Shown: positions 1-14,455 of the stretch, piece by piece
How positions within the stretch are numbered: position 1 is the first letter of the stretch
Layout of the letters: the number at the start of each line of letters is the position of its first letter
Assembly: GCA_013265495.1 (NCBI GenBank)
Contig: MU058141.1
Location: 62,001-120,578, forward strand
Direction of reading: 5' to 3'
DNA: 58,578 bases
Origin: Vicugna vicugna
Lineage: Eukaryota
The notes under the pieces: model-generated
Seen by the model: only the letters and a program-made list of their open reading frames with translations
Databases searched by the model: none
Told to the model about the DNA's origin: nothing
Position numbers and translations under genes: made by a program

Positions 1-685
1 AAATAATTTTATTGAAAATACCACTCCCAGGTGCTCTTCATACCACTTGCTGCTGCCAGGCATTCTATTATTTACTTGTTTATTTGTATGTACCATGAAG
101 ATGTTATACAAACAGAGATAACTTTGTAGTTTTCTCACCTTTTTAATCCCGTTGTATTTTTTGGAGTATAGTAGCTAATACACACTCGTATTTTGGATAA
201 CCAAGAAACACCCTAACTCATTTACCAAATCCTAAACTTGGCCAAATCCAATCAAATCTAAGATACTCTCAGTACACACTGCAATCATATTGCCTCTTTG
301 AAAACAGTAATTTTATCAATAATCACTCGGAGCTTCAGAACTCTTCGGTAGTTCCATTTGTATTTAAAATAGAGCATACATAGGCTGGCCCTGCAGAGAC
401 TGGCTCCTCTTCTCTCTCAGTCTCTCCCTTCATTAGTAATCTCCGTAACACTGGTCTCCTTTAGGTTTTTCCAATATGCTTTTCCTACTTCAGCTTGATA
501 CACTTTTCCTCTTTATGAAAGACGTTCTGCACAATTCTCTGCCTGGCAACCTCTAACACTTCCTTGATATATATCTATTTCACTATGCTTCTACCACAAA
601 ACATCATCAACTCCAGCCTACTTAGTTAAAAAAACTTTCTTTAAACTTTAAATAACAGTAAGTCATTACCTTTTAACATGTAACT

Positions 686-837
686 GATTTTTTTCTTTTT
701 TTGCCTTTTTTGGTCCAACTTTTTTGTTTTTTGGGGGGGTTGTTTGTTTGTTTATTTGTTTTAATGGAGATGCTGGGGATTGACCCCAAGGCCTTGTGCT
801 TGCTAAGCACACTCTACCACTGAGCTATACCTTCCCC
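686..837 (-). mobile_element. tRNA-Ala-derived SINE (camelid Vic-1-like) with A-rich tail
   Basis: Minus strand reads GGGGAAGGTATAGCTCAGTGGTAGAGTGTGCTTAGCAAGCACAAGGCCTTGGGGTCAATCCCCAGCATCTCC (A-box, degenerate B-box) followed by an A-rich tail. Confidence 0.8.
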
Positions 838-2121
838 TCACTGGTCTTTGTTTTAGATATAAGGTATCTGTACACTTCAAGAGGAATTTAGAGTTCTATG
901 ATTTATAATATTAATATTTAAAGTTTTTCAGTATAAAAGAAAACCTGTAGTATAATATAATAAAAATATCAAAAAAGAAACATAATATTAGAACTGATTA
1001 TACAAATCTTTATTTACTAATTCATACTTGTAAAGTATCTGTACATTTTTTTAAATCGTAGTCACTAAAATAGGCCTAGAATTCCATTCCACCAGAATAT
1101 AACAAAACCTGAATGCCCAAACGCTGGTCACTAATACAGTGCTTTTCTACAATATAAACTACATTTTTTTGGAGACTTGCTGTTTCTAAGTCTGAGGAAT
1201 GGAAAGGTAAGTGAAGTTAGGATCCCTTGAGACAGAAATTAAGTGAGATATCAGAGATTATTGTGGTCATAGAAAAATGCAAAGAAACCAATCAACTTGC
1301 TTCTTCTGTTCAGCATTTAAAACATTTGAACATTGATAAGTCAATAATTATTTAGCTGATTAAAACACATTAAATCAGATTAGGTTTCTGGCAATGCAAA
1401 TTAGATCATTTAGTTCAACTTTCTAGCTGGAAATCAATACTTATGGATCACAGAGACAGAAGTACACATTGGAATGTATCAAAAAAGTATGAGCTCCAAG
1501 CTGAAGAAAAATGAGAACTCAGAGAAGTAAGTAAAAGCTGAAGCCCCTTTTCGGTCTGAGGATATTTGCCATTTTCACAAAACTGATCTTTAACTTGACG
1601 GCCCCTTGAAGCATGGAGAATAATGTCAAAGCCCAGGTTATCCACAGGGTAGTTACACACAAGTGAATAGTTTCCACAATAATCTAGGACTAGTAAGTGC
1701 TTTGCATTCCATGGAAGGGTGATCAAGGCGCCCTTCATAACATTTACACTCACCTTGGGGGTTCAGATGACCCTGGAGAGCTGTATTTTTACAGACATAG
1801 GCAGCTCTAACTGCTAGGGGAGAAAGATGATGCTGTGGCATCCACAACAGGTAGGGTGAAGGATCACAGGGCAGTCTACAGTGCCTTCAGGGACACTGTG
1901 TGTATGGACAAGAAAACCACTGAGATAATGCTACTGAGAGGACTCTGCTTCTCCACCTCCCTTCATACCTTTCTCCCTCAAGTGCCTTTTGCAAAAGTGT
2001 GAGACATTAATAGCCCTGGAAATATGTATTACAGCTCAATAAAAATACAGTCGTAAATACTTGGCTCATAAAGCCACAAAGGAAGGAAAATAGTGGAGTC
2101 AGGTGTCGTAGGTAAAGAGCA

Positions 2122-2218
2122 ACATGCACATGCCTGCTGGGGTGTATGCACACATGCATACACACACATATATACACGCACACGTGCATATGTACATATG
2201 TGTATATAAATACATATG
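2122..2218. repeat. Mixed alternating purine-pyrimidine (CA/TA/TG) simple repeat
   Basis: gcacacatgcatacacacacatatatacacgcacacgtgcatatgtacatatgtgtatata; source of spurious ORF 2007..2366. Confidence 0.8.
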
Positions 2219-2499
2219 GATCCATAAGAAAAGAGAAATAAGCTAGTAGAAAATAATTAGTCGAGGATGTAAATGGAAAACAATTTACAGGAGAAGAAAC
2301 AAGAAAGGCAAATAGAGAGAGACACTGGATCTTAATCAAACAAATGCAAATTAGGATTAAAAACATGATATGATATCATTTTACACCTACTAAATTAACA
2401 AAAATAAAGCCTGAGAAAACCAAGTGTTAAAAGTGATCCAAAAAGAACTATTTATGCAGAGCTGATGGGTGTTAAATTTGGCACAATGACTTTGGGAAA

Positions 2500-2956
2500 T
2501 GTGTTAGTGTCCTAGTGTTGCTATAAAAAAGTACCAAAATCAGGGAGGCTTAAAACAATAGAAGTTTATTCCCTTACAGTTTTGAGGGCTGGAAGTCTGA
2601 AATCTAGGTCTCTGGCAGGGCCATTCTCTCCTTGAAAGCTTTAGAGAAGATCTTTCTTTGCCTTTTCTAGCTTAGTGTTTGCCAACAATCCTTGGCGTTC
2701 CTTGGCTTGTAGATGCATCGTTGCAGTTACATGACCATCTTCTTCCTGTATGTTCACCTTGTCTTCCCTCCATGTGGCCAAATTTCCCCTTTTATAAAGA
2801 TCACCAGTCATATCGGAAAAGGGCCTCAACCCTAATCAGCTCCTTTAAACTTGATCACCTCTGTAAAGACCCTATTTTCATTTAAAGTAAATTCTGTAAT
2901 AGTGTGGATTTGGCCTCAAAAATATATTTATAGAGGACACAATTCAACCCATAACA
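2500..2956 (-). mobile_element. MaLR solo LTR (MLT1B/MLT1C-like) inside an old L1 fragment
   Basis: TG...CA ends; ggcttaaaacaatagaagtttatt, ggctggaagtctgaaatc and ggacacaattcaacccataaca are typical MLT1 motifs. Confidence 0.8.
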
Positions 2957-3429
2957 TGATTATATGATGTGACGTTAACTATTAGCATAAGTAAAATCCA
3001 GCAATGTGCACAGGGAGCATAGCTGCAGAAATGCCCTACAGAATTATTGTTAGTAAAATTTTTAAAAAAAGAGGAAGAGAACCCAAATGTAAAGCAGCAT
3101 GAGAATAGGTAAGTAAACTGTTACATTATCACACATCCCAATACAACACAAAAGTGAAAACTATGAGCTGTAGTTACGTTGGAAAAATTATGGATGAATT
3201 TTAGTTGTATCATATTAAGTGGAAAAAAGCAAACTTCAGAAAATTATATATAGTGTGATACTATTTTTATAAACCATAAACAACAAGAAAAACAATGTGT
3301 TTAGGAATAGATTAGTATTATATATATATTTATACATATGAATAATCTTTCTCAAATATATATATGTACAAAATTCAAGGATCATGCAGTGAATGCGATT
3401 GTTTTTAAAGTCCTTGTAATGCTTTTAAA

Positions 3430-4400
3430 GTGGTGCTACTGATATTCTCTTATAGTTATTACATCCTCCATGAAAATATAGAATAAACAAACAAACCCAA
3501 ATACACCATAAATAATTGTCAAAGTAAGCATCACTTAAAAGTGTTAGTGTTCTTGGCTCTTGACAGAAGTAAACATCTTCTTTTTAAAATTCAACATCAA
3601 ATGTCACAAATTTCAATGATTATAATTTTAAAAAAATATATAATAACAACAAAAGGAAACATAAGTGAGTGTCAGCAGGAAAAAAAAAACCAAAAACAAA
3701 ACACTGAAAAGCAACCATAAAATAAAATTCAAAAGCAAAATAGAAAACAAATGAAACACTTTAGCTGAATCCTATCAACAAAGCTACTAATGTGGAGTCA
3801 TCACATGAAGAATATTAAAAATATATCCAATATGTTTTAAGGAGTAAAAGTTACAAGATTTTTTAACTAGAGAATAGCTATAAAAAGTGGCTAGCTATAT
3901 TGTTATGAAGCCAAATATAATGAATAGATATTAATAATATAATAGTAGAAGCTAAAACAGTTAAAAATAGTGGCTGAGTTAAACAGGAAATTAAAATCAC
4001 CGAAGGACAGAATTACGGAGCTAGAGGACAAATAGAAGGAAATACACTCAATTAAAAATTAATATATAACTGTGAGATTGGAAAAAAAGAAAAGACATGG
4101 CATGGATCAAAATGTCAATGGACTTGTCAAGGTAACCCCTGATCCTAGAAAGATATCGAGCACTGTCATCAAAATTTGCTGACGAAGTTATTTTGAACTT
4201 CGAATGTTCACTATAAGCACCGTATTAATCAAGTAGGATAGCCCAACAAAGATACTTTTAGACTCAGCAAATTTCTCTCCCTTTGGGCCTTTTAAAAGAA
4301 CCTAATAAAGAATGTATTCCAGGAAAAGAAGGGGCTAAATCAAGACATACGATTATATGAAATCTAGAGACCTATATATCCAAGTTACAAAAGTGAGAAA
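3430..4400 (+). mobile_element. Very old L1 ORF1/HAL1-like fragment
   Basis: A-rich decayed sequence with ORF1-like motifs (gaaggacagaattacggagctagaggacaaatagaagg). Boundaries approximate. Confidence 0.4.
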
Positions 4401-7400
4401 GAAATGCCTGGAATGGCAGATTTTCCCGAGATACAGAGATTAGCCAGCTCATGCTGGAAGGGGGAGACTGAGGAATCTAGGTTTGCATCTCTGAATGTTG
4501 CCAAAATGAAGCTGAGTGCTATAAAGGTTTCCCACTAACAAATTCTGAACAGCTGTACACACAGAACATCTAAAGCACAAACCCGTAACATCTTGGGAAA
4601 TACAACTTTACTAAAGAGGATCTTTAATATTCAATAGTTGAAATCATTACATGGGAAATAAAATGTCTAGAGTTCTTCCTCTTAGACTTTTGAGAACCAG
4701 TGTATGCTCTTTTATAAATTTTTGGACTGAAGATCAAACTTTTATGGGTATTGGCATAGCACTTTGAATAACTGCATTTTGAAAATTATAGAGTTTTTTT
4801 TTAATGACAGTTAAAAAATTCTTAGATATATTTAGTGCTTCAGTGAGAATGCTGCTGGGACAGAAAGACAGAGAGGAAGGCTGAGAATGGTGGATGTAAA
4901 ATAAATTTCATAATATGTTTAAATTTGCTAAGATAACCGATAGAGAAATTTTGAAAGTGTTATAATTATATTGGGGGAGAATAGATTGAGGTGTTACTAA
5001 GGTCCATTTCCATGAATCATGAAAAGAAGTCAAGAGGTAATATTTAAAAATATCTTAAAAATAACAAGAAAAAGATAATACTTAGAGAAGTGCAGCTTAA
5101 CCTAGATGAACTAAAAAGAGTAACACTTTAAAATTGTTTTCGGTGATGATTAGAGCTATGGGTGAGGAGGAATGGAATGGGTGGCTTATTTCCCACTTTA
5201 AAAATTATCTGTAAATTGAATACTTTGATGCAAATTATTTTAAAAAATTGAACAGAAAATTGTCCTGATAATATTAGAGATTATCAGGTCACGGTAAAAA
5301 GTTTCTGTATCATGCATCTTTTAACAGAGAGAGAGAGAACAAAAGAAAAAAAACGTTTTTTGTTTCATTAATTTTACTGTCACGTAGATTTCACTGAGCA
5401 TTGTCTCTGGGAATTTGCTCTCCCACTTTTTATTTTTAGCTTGAATTTTTTAATTTTTTTGAGATTGCTTATATTTTTAGGCACACGCTTAGATTCTAAA
5501 AATCTGTCTGCTTTGAACTTGTCATTATAGCTCTGGTCAAGGATCCAAAATCATTTATCACTTCATTTCATTTCTTGGTTGCTGCAAAGATTATCTCCAT
5601 CACCAAGTTTATCTCATTTGGATGAGAGTAAGCACTATCCATGTTAATTTTCAGTACTTTTTGAGGGTTAGCAAGGCAGTGATCATGCTCCACTGGTTCA
5701 TATTATAATAAGCCCAAGTTATTTTATATATGAGACACACGCACAGGAAGTGAGTTGTGAATGTGTATATACATGCACATATTCATTTTTCCCTGAAACA
5801 CTAATGTAAATGTTTTCAAGGAGTTTCATACTCTCCAGAAAAGCAATGATTAAAATTGAGCTCATTCATCAAAATAGCAGAGATGTTGTTCTTCTGTTGA
5901 ATAATTCAGCTAGCTATACTATAAAGATATGTACATTGTAGACACACAGAGAACACACACATTCATGATCATTTTGATTCTATGGCAACTTTAGTTCTTA
6001 GTTCTTTCAACAGATATTTATTCAGTGCCCAAGATCCATAATTTGATAATCCTTTCTCTGGATTTAGGTTTATGCTCAGAAACCTATTTGGGGACAAGAT
6101 TTACTGGGTCTATTTTGAAGTTTAAAAAGTGTTTTTCTGTATTTTAAAGGTGTGAAAGGGCTATTCATTCATACTTTACAATTTATTTCCAAGACTAGTC
6201 TGTTGAGCACAAGTATCTTAGTTTGTCAAGCAAACTGAAGTTGCTTTAATTAAAAGCCTGCAAGGTGTTTACCATCTAGGGGAGCAGCAGGAGGGGATTC
6301 AGAGAGGAGACAGGCTGTACTGCGCAGTGACAAAGGCACAGGGGTACCTGTCACCCATCGTACGTTTCCTGTTTCCTCAAAGACATCTGTTTGCATGCTC
6401 CGTATTTTTTTATCTTACAGTTGATGAAGCTTTAATTATGTGGTGAGCTTTCCTATCAATTCCAATTTATAGTCGTTTTAAATTCATTCCCAGGTGTCAG
6501 ATTGAATCATCTGCTTCTCTTTTAATGTTTAGGGTAGATAAATATTTCTTCCTTCCTGGTGAGTATGTTCTGAGTTTGGTTATCAACTTAAGCACAAAGG
6601 CATGAATGTGAGGAGGAGACGAGGAATTGCCATTTCTGTATCACCTGTGCAAAGTTATACTTAAAAATCTAAATGTAATTTTGCAAAGAGGACGCCCTAA
6701 AGACTGGGCAAAAGATAAGGCTACTTAAATAAGTGTACTTTGAGACTCTTATCAACAACCTCACATAAAGTTTCATTATTAAATGTTTTAATCAATTTTG
6801 ATGTATTTCTGTTTTGTTTTGTTTTGTTTTGGATTCAAACTAAATATTCTAGGTCACTTGTTCTACCAAAAATTTGATCAAAAGGACCTTAGTATCTGAA
6901 TATTAAAAACACTGCAGATTTGCGTACTGGAATTAGAAGTAATTGACAGCTCAAGGTAAGGCATATGATAGGCAAAGTAAGAGAGGTGACAGGGTGATGG
7001 TGACTTCCTCAGGAACAGCAAAACAGATGCCAGAAAACAAACGGAAAAGCAAGGAGGGTAAACACAGGTCTGGAAGCTTGGCAACAAATAGCTGCCATTT
7101 TGTTTTGTTGATAAAAAACAATAAGGCTCAAAGAGAGAGAATTTGACTTTTTTCCTTTGTTCCCTGCCCTTTCTTCTATTTTCACATTTACATTAAGAAC
7201 TCTCAACTTTTGCAGAGTTGTTATAAAAAAAAGCACCACATTCGTGAATCAACAAAATAATTTAACATTAGTTTTTTTATTTGCTTTCTGTGTAATCTTA
7301 TTGTAAAATCTCTATGCTGCATAATAATCTCAAACAATACTTGCTTTAAGAAAAATGACACAATTATGCACGTTTATAAACCATTCCATTGTACAATGTT

Positions 7401-8299
7401 TAAAAGACATTTTTTAATGAGCTTAACAGGAAGAAATTAAAAACAAGATAAAGCTCCTCAGAGGGAACTGCAGAGTAGTTAAGGAAATTGTGCAACGCTA
7501 AGTGGGCATTCAGGAGAGAGAGGAGGAGAGCTCAAAGTCACACCAGAGACTGATGAAGGATTGAGGCTTTGAAATTGAAGACTCTCACCAGAGGAAAGGC
7601 GGAAACCTAAATCTGTTAGCACTGGAGACATGATCACCAACTTAGCTATGGGCACTTACATTAAATTAGAGCAAAACAAGATGCTGCAAGATGTCTGTTT
7701 CCTGTTCATGTCGTTGAAGAAAGCAGCAAAACGAAGCTGTCAGAGAAGTTGTCATTGATTCCCAGAGACTGGGGAATCCATCTTGATTCATTTCTTTGAA
7801 ATTGTCTCCAAGTTAATTGGCATCAATAGATACAGCAATGTGTGGGGACATAAAAGGTGTGTAGAATTGGGGGAAGCTAGGATAACCTGAAATGAGTCAT
7901 TCATAAACATATTACATTGTATCAGGTACTCAGTCTCTTTGCAATGTGTCTCGACTGAGATTGTAGGCTTACTAAAAACTCTGTAACAGCGACTTAACTG
8001 AGTCTGAACATATTTGCACAGCCACACTTGTCCCTATTTATTTATATCAATACGTACTCAGGGGTATTTTTCCAAGTGTGTTCTAGAGGATGCCACAATA
8101 CGGAGGGACTCTGAACCCCATTATGAAAAATGCTAAGTAGTTTAGTCTAAGGCAACTTTCCACAGGAAGGACTGGAGAGCTCCAAGGGGATTTCTGTACA
8201 ATTTCCACACACGCGTATTTCTCTTAGAGAATAATGTGTATCATCACACTTGGAAATTGTGCACTTCCTAGTTATGTTACTCTAAACAGTTCACCTCGC

Positions 8300-8940
8300 T
8301 GAGATCACACGTGTCCGTTTCCACTTGCATGTCATGTGTGTACCTCAGATCAACATGTTTCACTATTAGGTATTTAAAACCCACTAGCTTTCTGCAGGAA
8401 TCTTAACTCAAAATGTGCAAATCAACCGAAATCCCTGTCTCTCTCTTCAAACAGGCTCTTCGGGTAGAAAACTAGAAAGTATCTTTTGCTCTCCTTTCTC
8501 CCTCAAACCTTTTATCGACCTAATTACTGAGCCCTGTGGATCACGCACTTAAATAGATCTCAGATCCTGCCTCTCCTCAGATGCAGCTCAGACTCCTATT
8601 GACTCTTGAGCATCCGACTCAAGCAGTGTGCAGCGTCGCTGCAGGAATAATTACATAAAATGAAGAACTATGCCTGGCACTCTCCTAAAGAATGCCCCTT
8701 AGATAATGTACGTGACTTTTTATTTTTGTATCCCATACTTTTCAGGATGCTGATTCTGTTACATTTCCATTCTCATCTCTCACAGCCCCTGCTTCAAACC
8801 TTGGGATCCAGCCACACCAAATCACCACACGTCCCCAAATGCCACCTGTGTTCATCCCGTCCTCCCTGACAAAAACACTCTCCCCCTCAGTGCCCCTTCT
8901 CCTGCCTGGAAAACGTGTATAGAATTTTCTTTCCTGATCC
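8300..8940 (+). mobile_element. L2 fragment
   Basis: C/T-rich L2-like motifs (ctcagatcaacatgtt, agaaaactagaaagtatcttttgctctcctttctccctc). Confidence 0.45.
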
Positions 8941-10109
8941 CCTGCTATCTAAAGAGTTCATCATTTTATGATTTGGGCTTTAATTGACAATGATAGGATG
9001 AATGTTATTGTATCATTCTACATATGTATGTGTATATATATTCATATATGTGCATATGTACTTAGATTTATGCAACCTATGGTACAGCCTATATCTACAC
9101 AAAAGCAAGTAAAAGAGTGAAGGAGACTGTGTGAGAGAAACTACAGTGTCATAAATAAAGGTGTGTGTATGTGTGTTTGTGAGAGAGAGAGGGACTGTGT
9201 CTAACTTTCAAAATGCAATCATTTATGGATGCATTCTGTCTCTTTATTTCTCCCTATAGGATAATTAGTTTATTATTTCCTATCATACTTCTTGTCACAG
9301 AGCAGGGCTTCAATCAGTATTTAATATAGCAATGTATGCTTTAATAACAATCATTTTTGTAATTCTTACAAACTCTAGGTACTGGAGCCATAGAGGGAAA
9401 TCCTATAAATATTTGAGGATATTTTGGTGGTCATGGTACAAATCGAGCTATATCTAACCTATATAAATTGTAGAACAGTGCTTTTGAATAGAAAAATATT
9501 CATTTTTTTCTAGATAATATAAAAGGGGAAAAGAGGCATTTTTAATTTCATTCTCCTCTTTCTCTGGCTAAAGCATCTTCCTTGGGACAAATCTGCCTGT
9601 TGCTCTACTTAAAATGTGCTTGATAATTTTAAAATACGCAGATCAGCCTGGGGCCTACATTACCTTAGAATCCCCAGTAGAGGAGAGGGTGACTCTATTT
9701 ACAAAGCGAAAATCAGCACTTATTAAATCAAACCTCCCTTGCACCAGCCAGGGATCATGGTAGTCTCACAACTCACTGTAAGCACGTGTCTTAAATCCCT
9801 ATGTATATCATACCGACACTTCCTTGAAAAACCTTGTCTCATGCAAACTTGTTTATTTATCCTCCAAGCAGTGAGGATCTTAGCAAAGCAGTCACTCCTG
9901 TTCGGTCCTTAGGTATCACAAAAGCACTAACAAATAAAGGCTTGATTTTCCTGGGTTTGTATCAAAATGCATGGACATTTTAAGAATTCAGTATGTCCTA
10001 CCTAAAGTTATACCCACATATAGGTACTGAATCAGTGAATTAACAAAAGGAAAGATGCACCAGGGAAGATAAAGGAAGTCTCTGATATACCAATTTCTTT
10101 CTTGATATA

Positions 10110-10330
10110 GCGGTTAGAAACAGGTTCCTGAGTTACTGCACCTGGGCCCTCACCTAGCTGTTACTCCTTTTCCAGCTGTAGACCCGTGGGCAAGTGACTT
10201 AAGTTCCATATTTCCATTTTCTTTTGACTAATGAAACGGGTAAATAAATTTATTATGCTTATAATTATACAGATATGAAAATTAAATGAGTTAATTTATG
10301 TTACATTTTATAGTGTTTAGTACATGCTGC
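10110..10330 (+). mobile_element. MIR SINE
   Basis: MIR core agctgtagacccgtgggcaagtgacttaa...aaattaaatgagttaat. Confidence 0.65.
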
Positions 10331-13300
10331 AACACTGTGCCTGTTAGTATTACTTTTATACTGCTGCCTTATTTTATTTAAATGTAGGTAAACCAGACAA
10401 TCCATATTTATGTAATTAAATGAGCCAAAGTCAGTAGCCAATAAAGGTCACACAATTAAAATGAACAAATATCGATATGAAATCTCTTCTAGGCTCTGAG
10501 TGGTTCTGGAATTGCATACTATTGCATCTGAACCGGCTGTATGTGTATATAATCTTTGAATAAAATCTGATGGTAAATACAAACTATTGGCTTCAAAATA
10601 GTCAGGAAATTAGAGTCTCATTAAGTTTACCCATACACGCATATGTCCCATCATCTATAACTTATCTTAAAAAAAAAAACCTTTCCTAGAAGTGAGAAAT
10701 TGTGTTAATTTTCAGAACTAATGATCAAATGGTAAATTACTGATTTTTATTACTATTCTCAATAATTCAAGACAAAAATATACTAGGCGGCAATAAATTC
10801 ACTGTTTTGCGAGCACTTGGGATAGATCTATAAGCTTGCATAATAAATACATCAAATTCTCATAAATTTGGCATTGATTACATATTTGCCTAATACTCTG
10901 AAACCTAAGAGGTCAAAGACAAGTAAGTACAAATAAGACCATTACTCGAGCATATTATATTTTGTGTGCAGTTTGTAAATTTTACCTCTTCGTAAACTCT
11001 CAGCTCAGCTATTACATAAATGTGCTTACCACTGGCTCCTGACTCCCACTGGTCCGTCTGAGCTCGTGCAGACACGTCTGTGACTCAGTGCTGAGCCGAC
11101 CAGGGGCACGGTTCTGCGAGCCCTGCGTTTCTCTGCAGCCCATGCCCACGGCTAAGTAAAGTGAGAAATAACCTATTCTCTTTTTCCTTGTAACACGACG
11201 TGTGGAAAAGCAGCTACATGTGAGTAAGGAGCTGTGGTCTTCTTAAACTATGTCCTAGAATTGGCTCTTTTGTGGGCTGGAATTTTTGCCTGATCTCAGA
11301 TGCTTATTTTCCTTCCTTCTTCTTGAGTCCTAGTGAAATACTGTCCCATCCAAATACCAGAGCCAAGTCGAAGGCACCAGCTGGTTGGCTGGAACCCTGA
11401 CCATCTGCATAACGGCTTTTTCTCAAGGCCTGGACCTTCCTTGCCGCTGCCCATCCCTTCCTGTCTGATGTCTAACTTTCCTTTTGTCTTTCTTTCTTTT
11501 TTTGGAATGGATTTGAGAGTCTTAACTCTACAACATTCTCTGTTGCATTAAGGCAAAGATGCCGGGAGTAGCCTCGTATCTGCTGATCAGCTATCCCTAA
11601 ATCGCTGACTCTGGTCTTAGATGAAAATCAGTCTCATACTATTTTCCCAGAGATGCTTTTAAAACAAAGGCCACGTGGGCACCAATCCCATTGTCCTGGG
11701 TGTTTATGCCAAGCCCGACAATAATCAGGTTCCAGCAGTTTAATTTTTTCACAGATCTTTTCCATGAGCCTATTTTGTTTTTCTGATTTTAAGGAAAGAA
11801 GGAAGTACATGGGGTAAAAGAAACTAAAACTTTCAGGCATGAATACCCGGGGGTTAGATTTTAGGTGGGGAAGTATAATGCTTGTCTATGTCAGCACAAT
11901 AAAACACAGTAACATTCAAGGACCACAGAGCACTTGAGTGCTCGCAGAGCAGGAACATTTGGTCTGGAGGCCTCACTCGTGGCAGTGCTCATTTGTTCAT
12001 ACAAGGGAAGTACATTCATTTTGTAGTGGTCGCTGAGGTTATAGGTCTTTCCAGGCTTAAGGCACTTTTATTTAATCTTGGGTTGGCCGTGAATGAATAG
12101 CAGCATAGCATCAGAGCAAGAAAAACAGTAAGATCAGAAACATTGGACATAATGCTTGAGAAGGAAGAAGGAAGGCGAGGAAAGTCCATATATATGGAGA
12201 AGCTTTGTATGTCACAGTTACTATGTTTTATATATGCCACTTATTTCTTAATTCTAACACTAAATGCAGAAACTGAGATCTAGAGAAGTTGCCTCCTTTT
12301 ATGCATTTTCAACTTTTGAAATTATTCAGGCCTCCTCAGAGGAGCTCCCCTATCATCCTTCCTAAAGCCCCACCCTGCCATCTTCTAGTCCTTTATCCTG
12401 TGTCCTTCATGTATGTGCTCCACAGTCAGACATCATCTGTGCAGGGCATCATCACTTACATTTCTGCACCATCAACCAGCAGCTCAGGTCCTTGGTTGGC
12501 CATTGTAGCCCCAGTTCCTACTTAGAGCCTGGGATAAAGGAGGCTCTCAAAAATTATCTGCTGAACACCCTTAATCCAGGATTTGTTTCCAACTATTACA
12601 ACATATTCCTTTTCTACTTTATTTCCTTGTTCACTTCTGCTTCTTAAAGTGCAGGCATTATTTCTCTGATCCTCTTCCTACCTTTTTTTAATTCCTCAGT
12701 TTACTACCCTCCAGCTTCTCGGAAATGATTTCTACTAAAACCAATCGGGAAAGATCACCTACTATTACCCCCCATTATGTAAATTCCAATAGCTGCTATT
12801 CAACACTCATTTCATTTGACTTCTTCAAAGCAATTGTCATTTTTGTCCTTTCTGTTCTTTGTTATTCTGGTTTTCTAAGCATTGTCAAGTTACAAAAATA
12901 GACAGAAAATAGAAAATACAGAAAAGCAAACATTACAGTCATCTATTATTTCATGACTAACGATTATCCTCACCACCTCTTTGAAGCACGTCCTTTCCCG
13001 TTTGCTTTTTTATCTTCACAGAATTTTCCCTTTCATAAAGGGGTGATTTGGTTAACTTTCAACTTCATGAATTCTCCTTCTTTTCCTAACCTTATGGCTT
13101 GTAGCAGTTTAAGAAAGGATTTAGATCAAGAGATACATCCTCCAAAAAATCTTCCACTGTAAAGGATGCACTCAACCCCCCTCCCCCATATTTGGAAAAG
13201 TGCTCCTTCTTCTGCACACCTGCTACATTCCGTACATCGGTTCCATCACACTCATCATTTCGTACTAAATATTCTCTCCCCTGCTAGACAGTAAGCCACT

Positions 13301-13699
13301 TGTAATCAGGAGTCAAGACTTCTTCATCTTCGTGTTCTTAAATGCAAACATAGTGCCTATCACTGGAAGGTGAGCAATAGATTTTTTTCTACACTAATGG
13401 TTTTTAAAATTAAACTCAATCACTTAAAAGAACCCAGAATTCTGAAATAATTTCAACAGTTTTGGTAGTGAAAATGCAATTTAATATCTGAAGCAAAAGA
13501 ACCTAAAATATTTTTGGAACTCAGTTTTCAGGTGCAAAAACCTTCTAACCCATTGTCTCTCTTTTAGAATCACACTGAGGTGCACATGTTCTACTAATGT
13601 TCACATGTTTATATACCTCAAAAACCACAAGACCATAATGATCACTTAGATCAGGCACACAGTTATGAGTTTGTTCATTGCAATAATAATTCACCATCT

Positions 13700-14220
13700 T
13701 CAATGTTCCTGTGAGTATTGGGCTCTCTGATCTAATCTCCCTCCAATCTCCTCGTCGTTTGGTATGATTCAACCATGCTGGTCTTCTTTTCTTGACATTC
13801 AACTTCCATTCAGCACCGTTCAACTTCCAAACTTCCAATTCAGGGTTTCCCTCATGCTGTTACCTCTGCTTGAAGGATTTTCCCATCTCTCTGTATGGCT
13901 GGGTCTATTCCATCTTGCAGTGTTTGGATGAGATATCACCTGTTGAGCAAGACCTTCCCTTATCCTCCCCCTTGGAACACTCATGTTCCTCTTTTTATCC
14001 AGAACTGTATATCTGTATAGTATTTATAGTATAGTATAGTATAACATATCCTTATCTGTATAGTATTTTTTCCTTACGTATATTTTGCCTCCCCTGCTTC
14101 AATGAAAGGTCATGGGGACAAAAATCACGTAACTTTTTTGTTCTTGCAATATTCATATATCTAGTTTTTAAAATACTGTTTGGCACAATGCTGTTCTCAG
14201 ATATTTTAGATAAGTGAATT
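13700..14220 (+). mobile_element. L2 3' fragment
   Basis: gctggtcttctttc, cagggtttccctcatgctgttacctctgcttgaagg and gtttggcacaatg...gataagtgaat match the L2 3' end pattern. Confidence 0.5.
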
Positions 14221-14254
14221 TCTGATTTCACTTGAACGGATCATCACATAATAT

Positions 14255-14455
14255 CAAAGTTTCTCAGCCTGGCCATGGATGACATTTTGGGTCAGGTAAT
14301 TCTTTGTCATGTGAATCGCAGGGAAGTTTAGAAGTGTTCTTAGCTTATACCCACTAGATGCCAGTAGTACCCACCAGTTGAGACAAACGGACATGTCTTA
14401 AGACATCGCTAAATGTCCTCTGGGGAACAGAGCTGTCCCTAATTGAGAATGGCTG
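14255..14455. mobile_element. MER20 (hAT-Charlie non-autonomous DNA transposon)
   Basis: tttctcagcctggcc...gacattttgggtcaggtaattctttgt...acccactagatgccagtag...ttgagaatggctg; degenerate terminal inverted repeats. Confidence 0.8.

Noticed and set aside
765..837. tRNA-Ala gene (also 24265-24340)
   Set aside because: Degenerate stems, an A-rich tail, and a TSD at the second copy indicate SINEs rather than functional tRNA genes.
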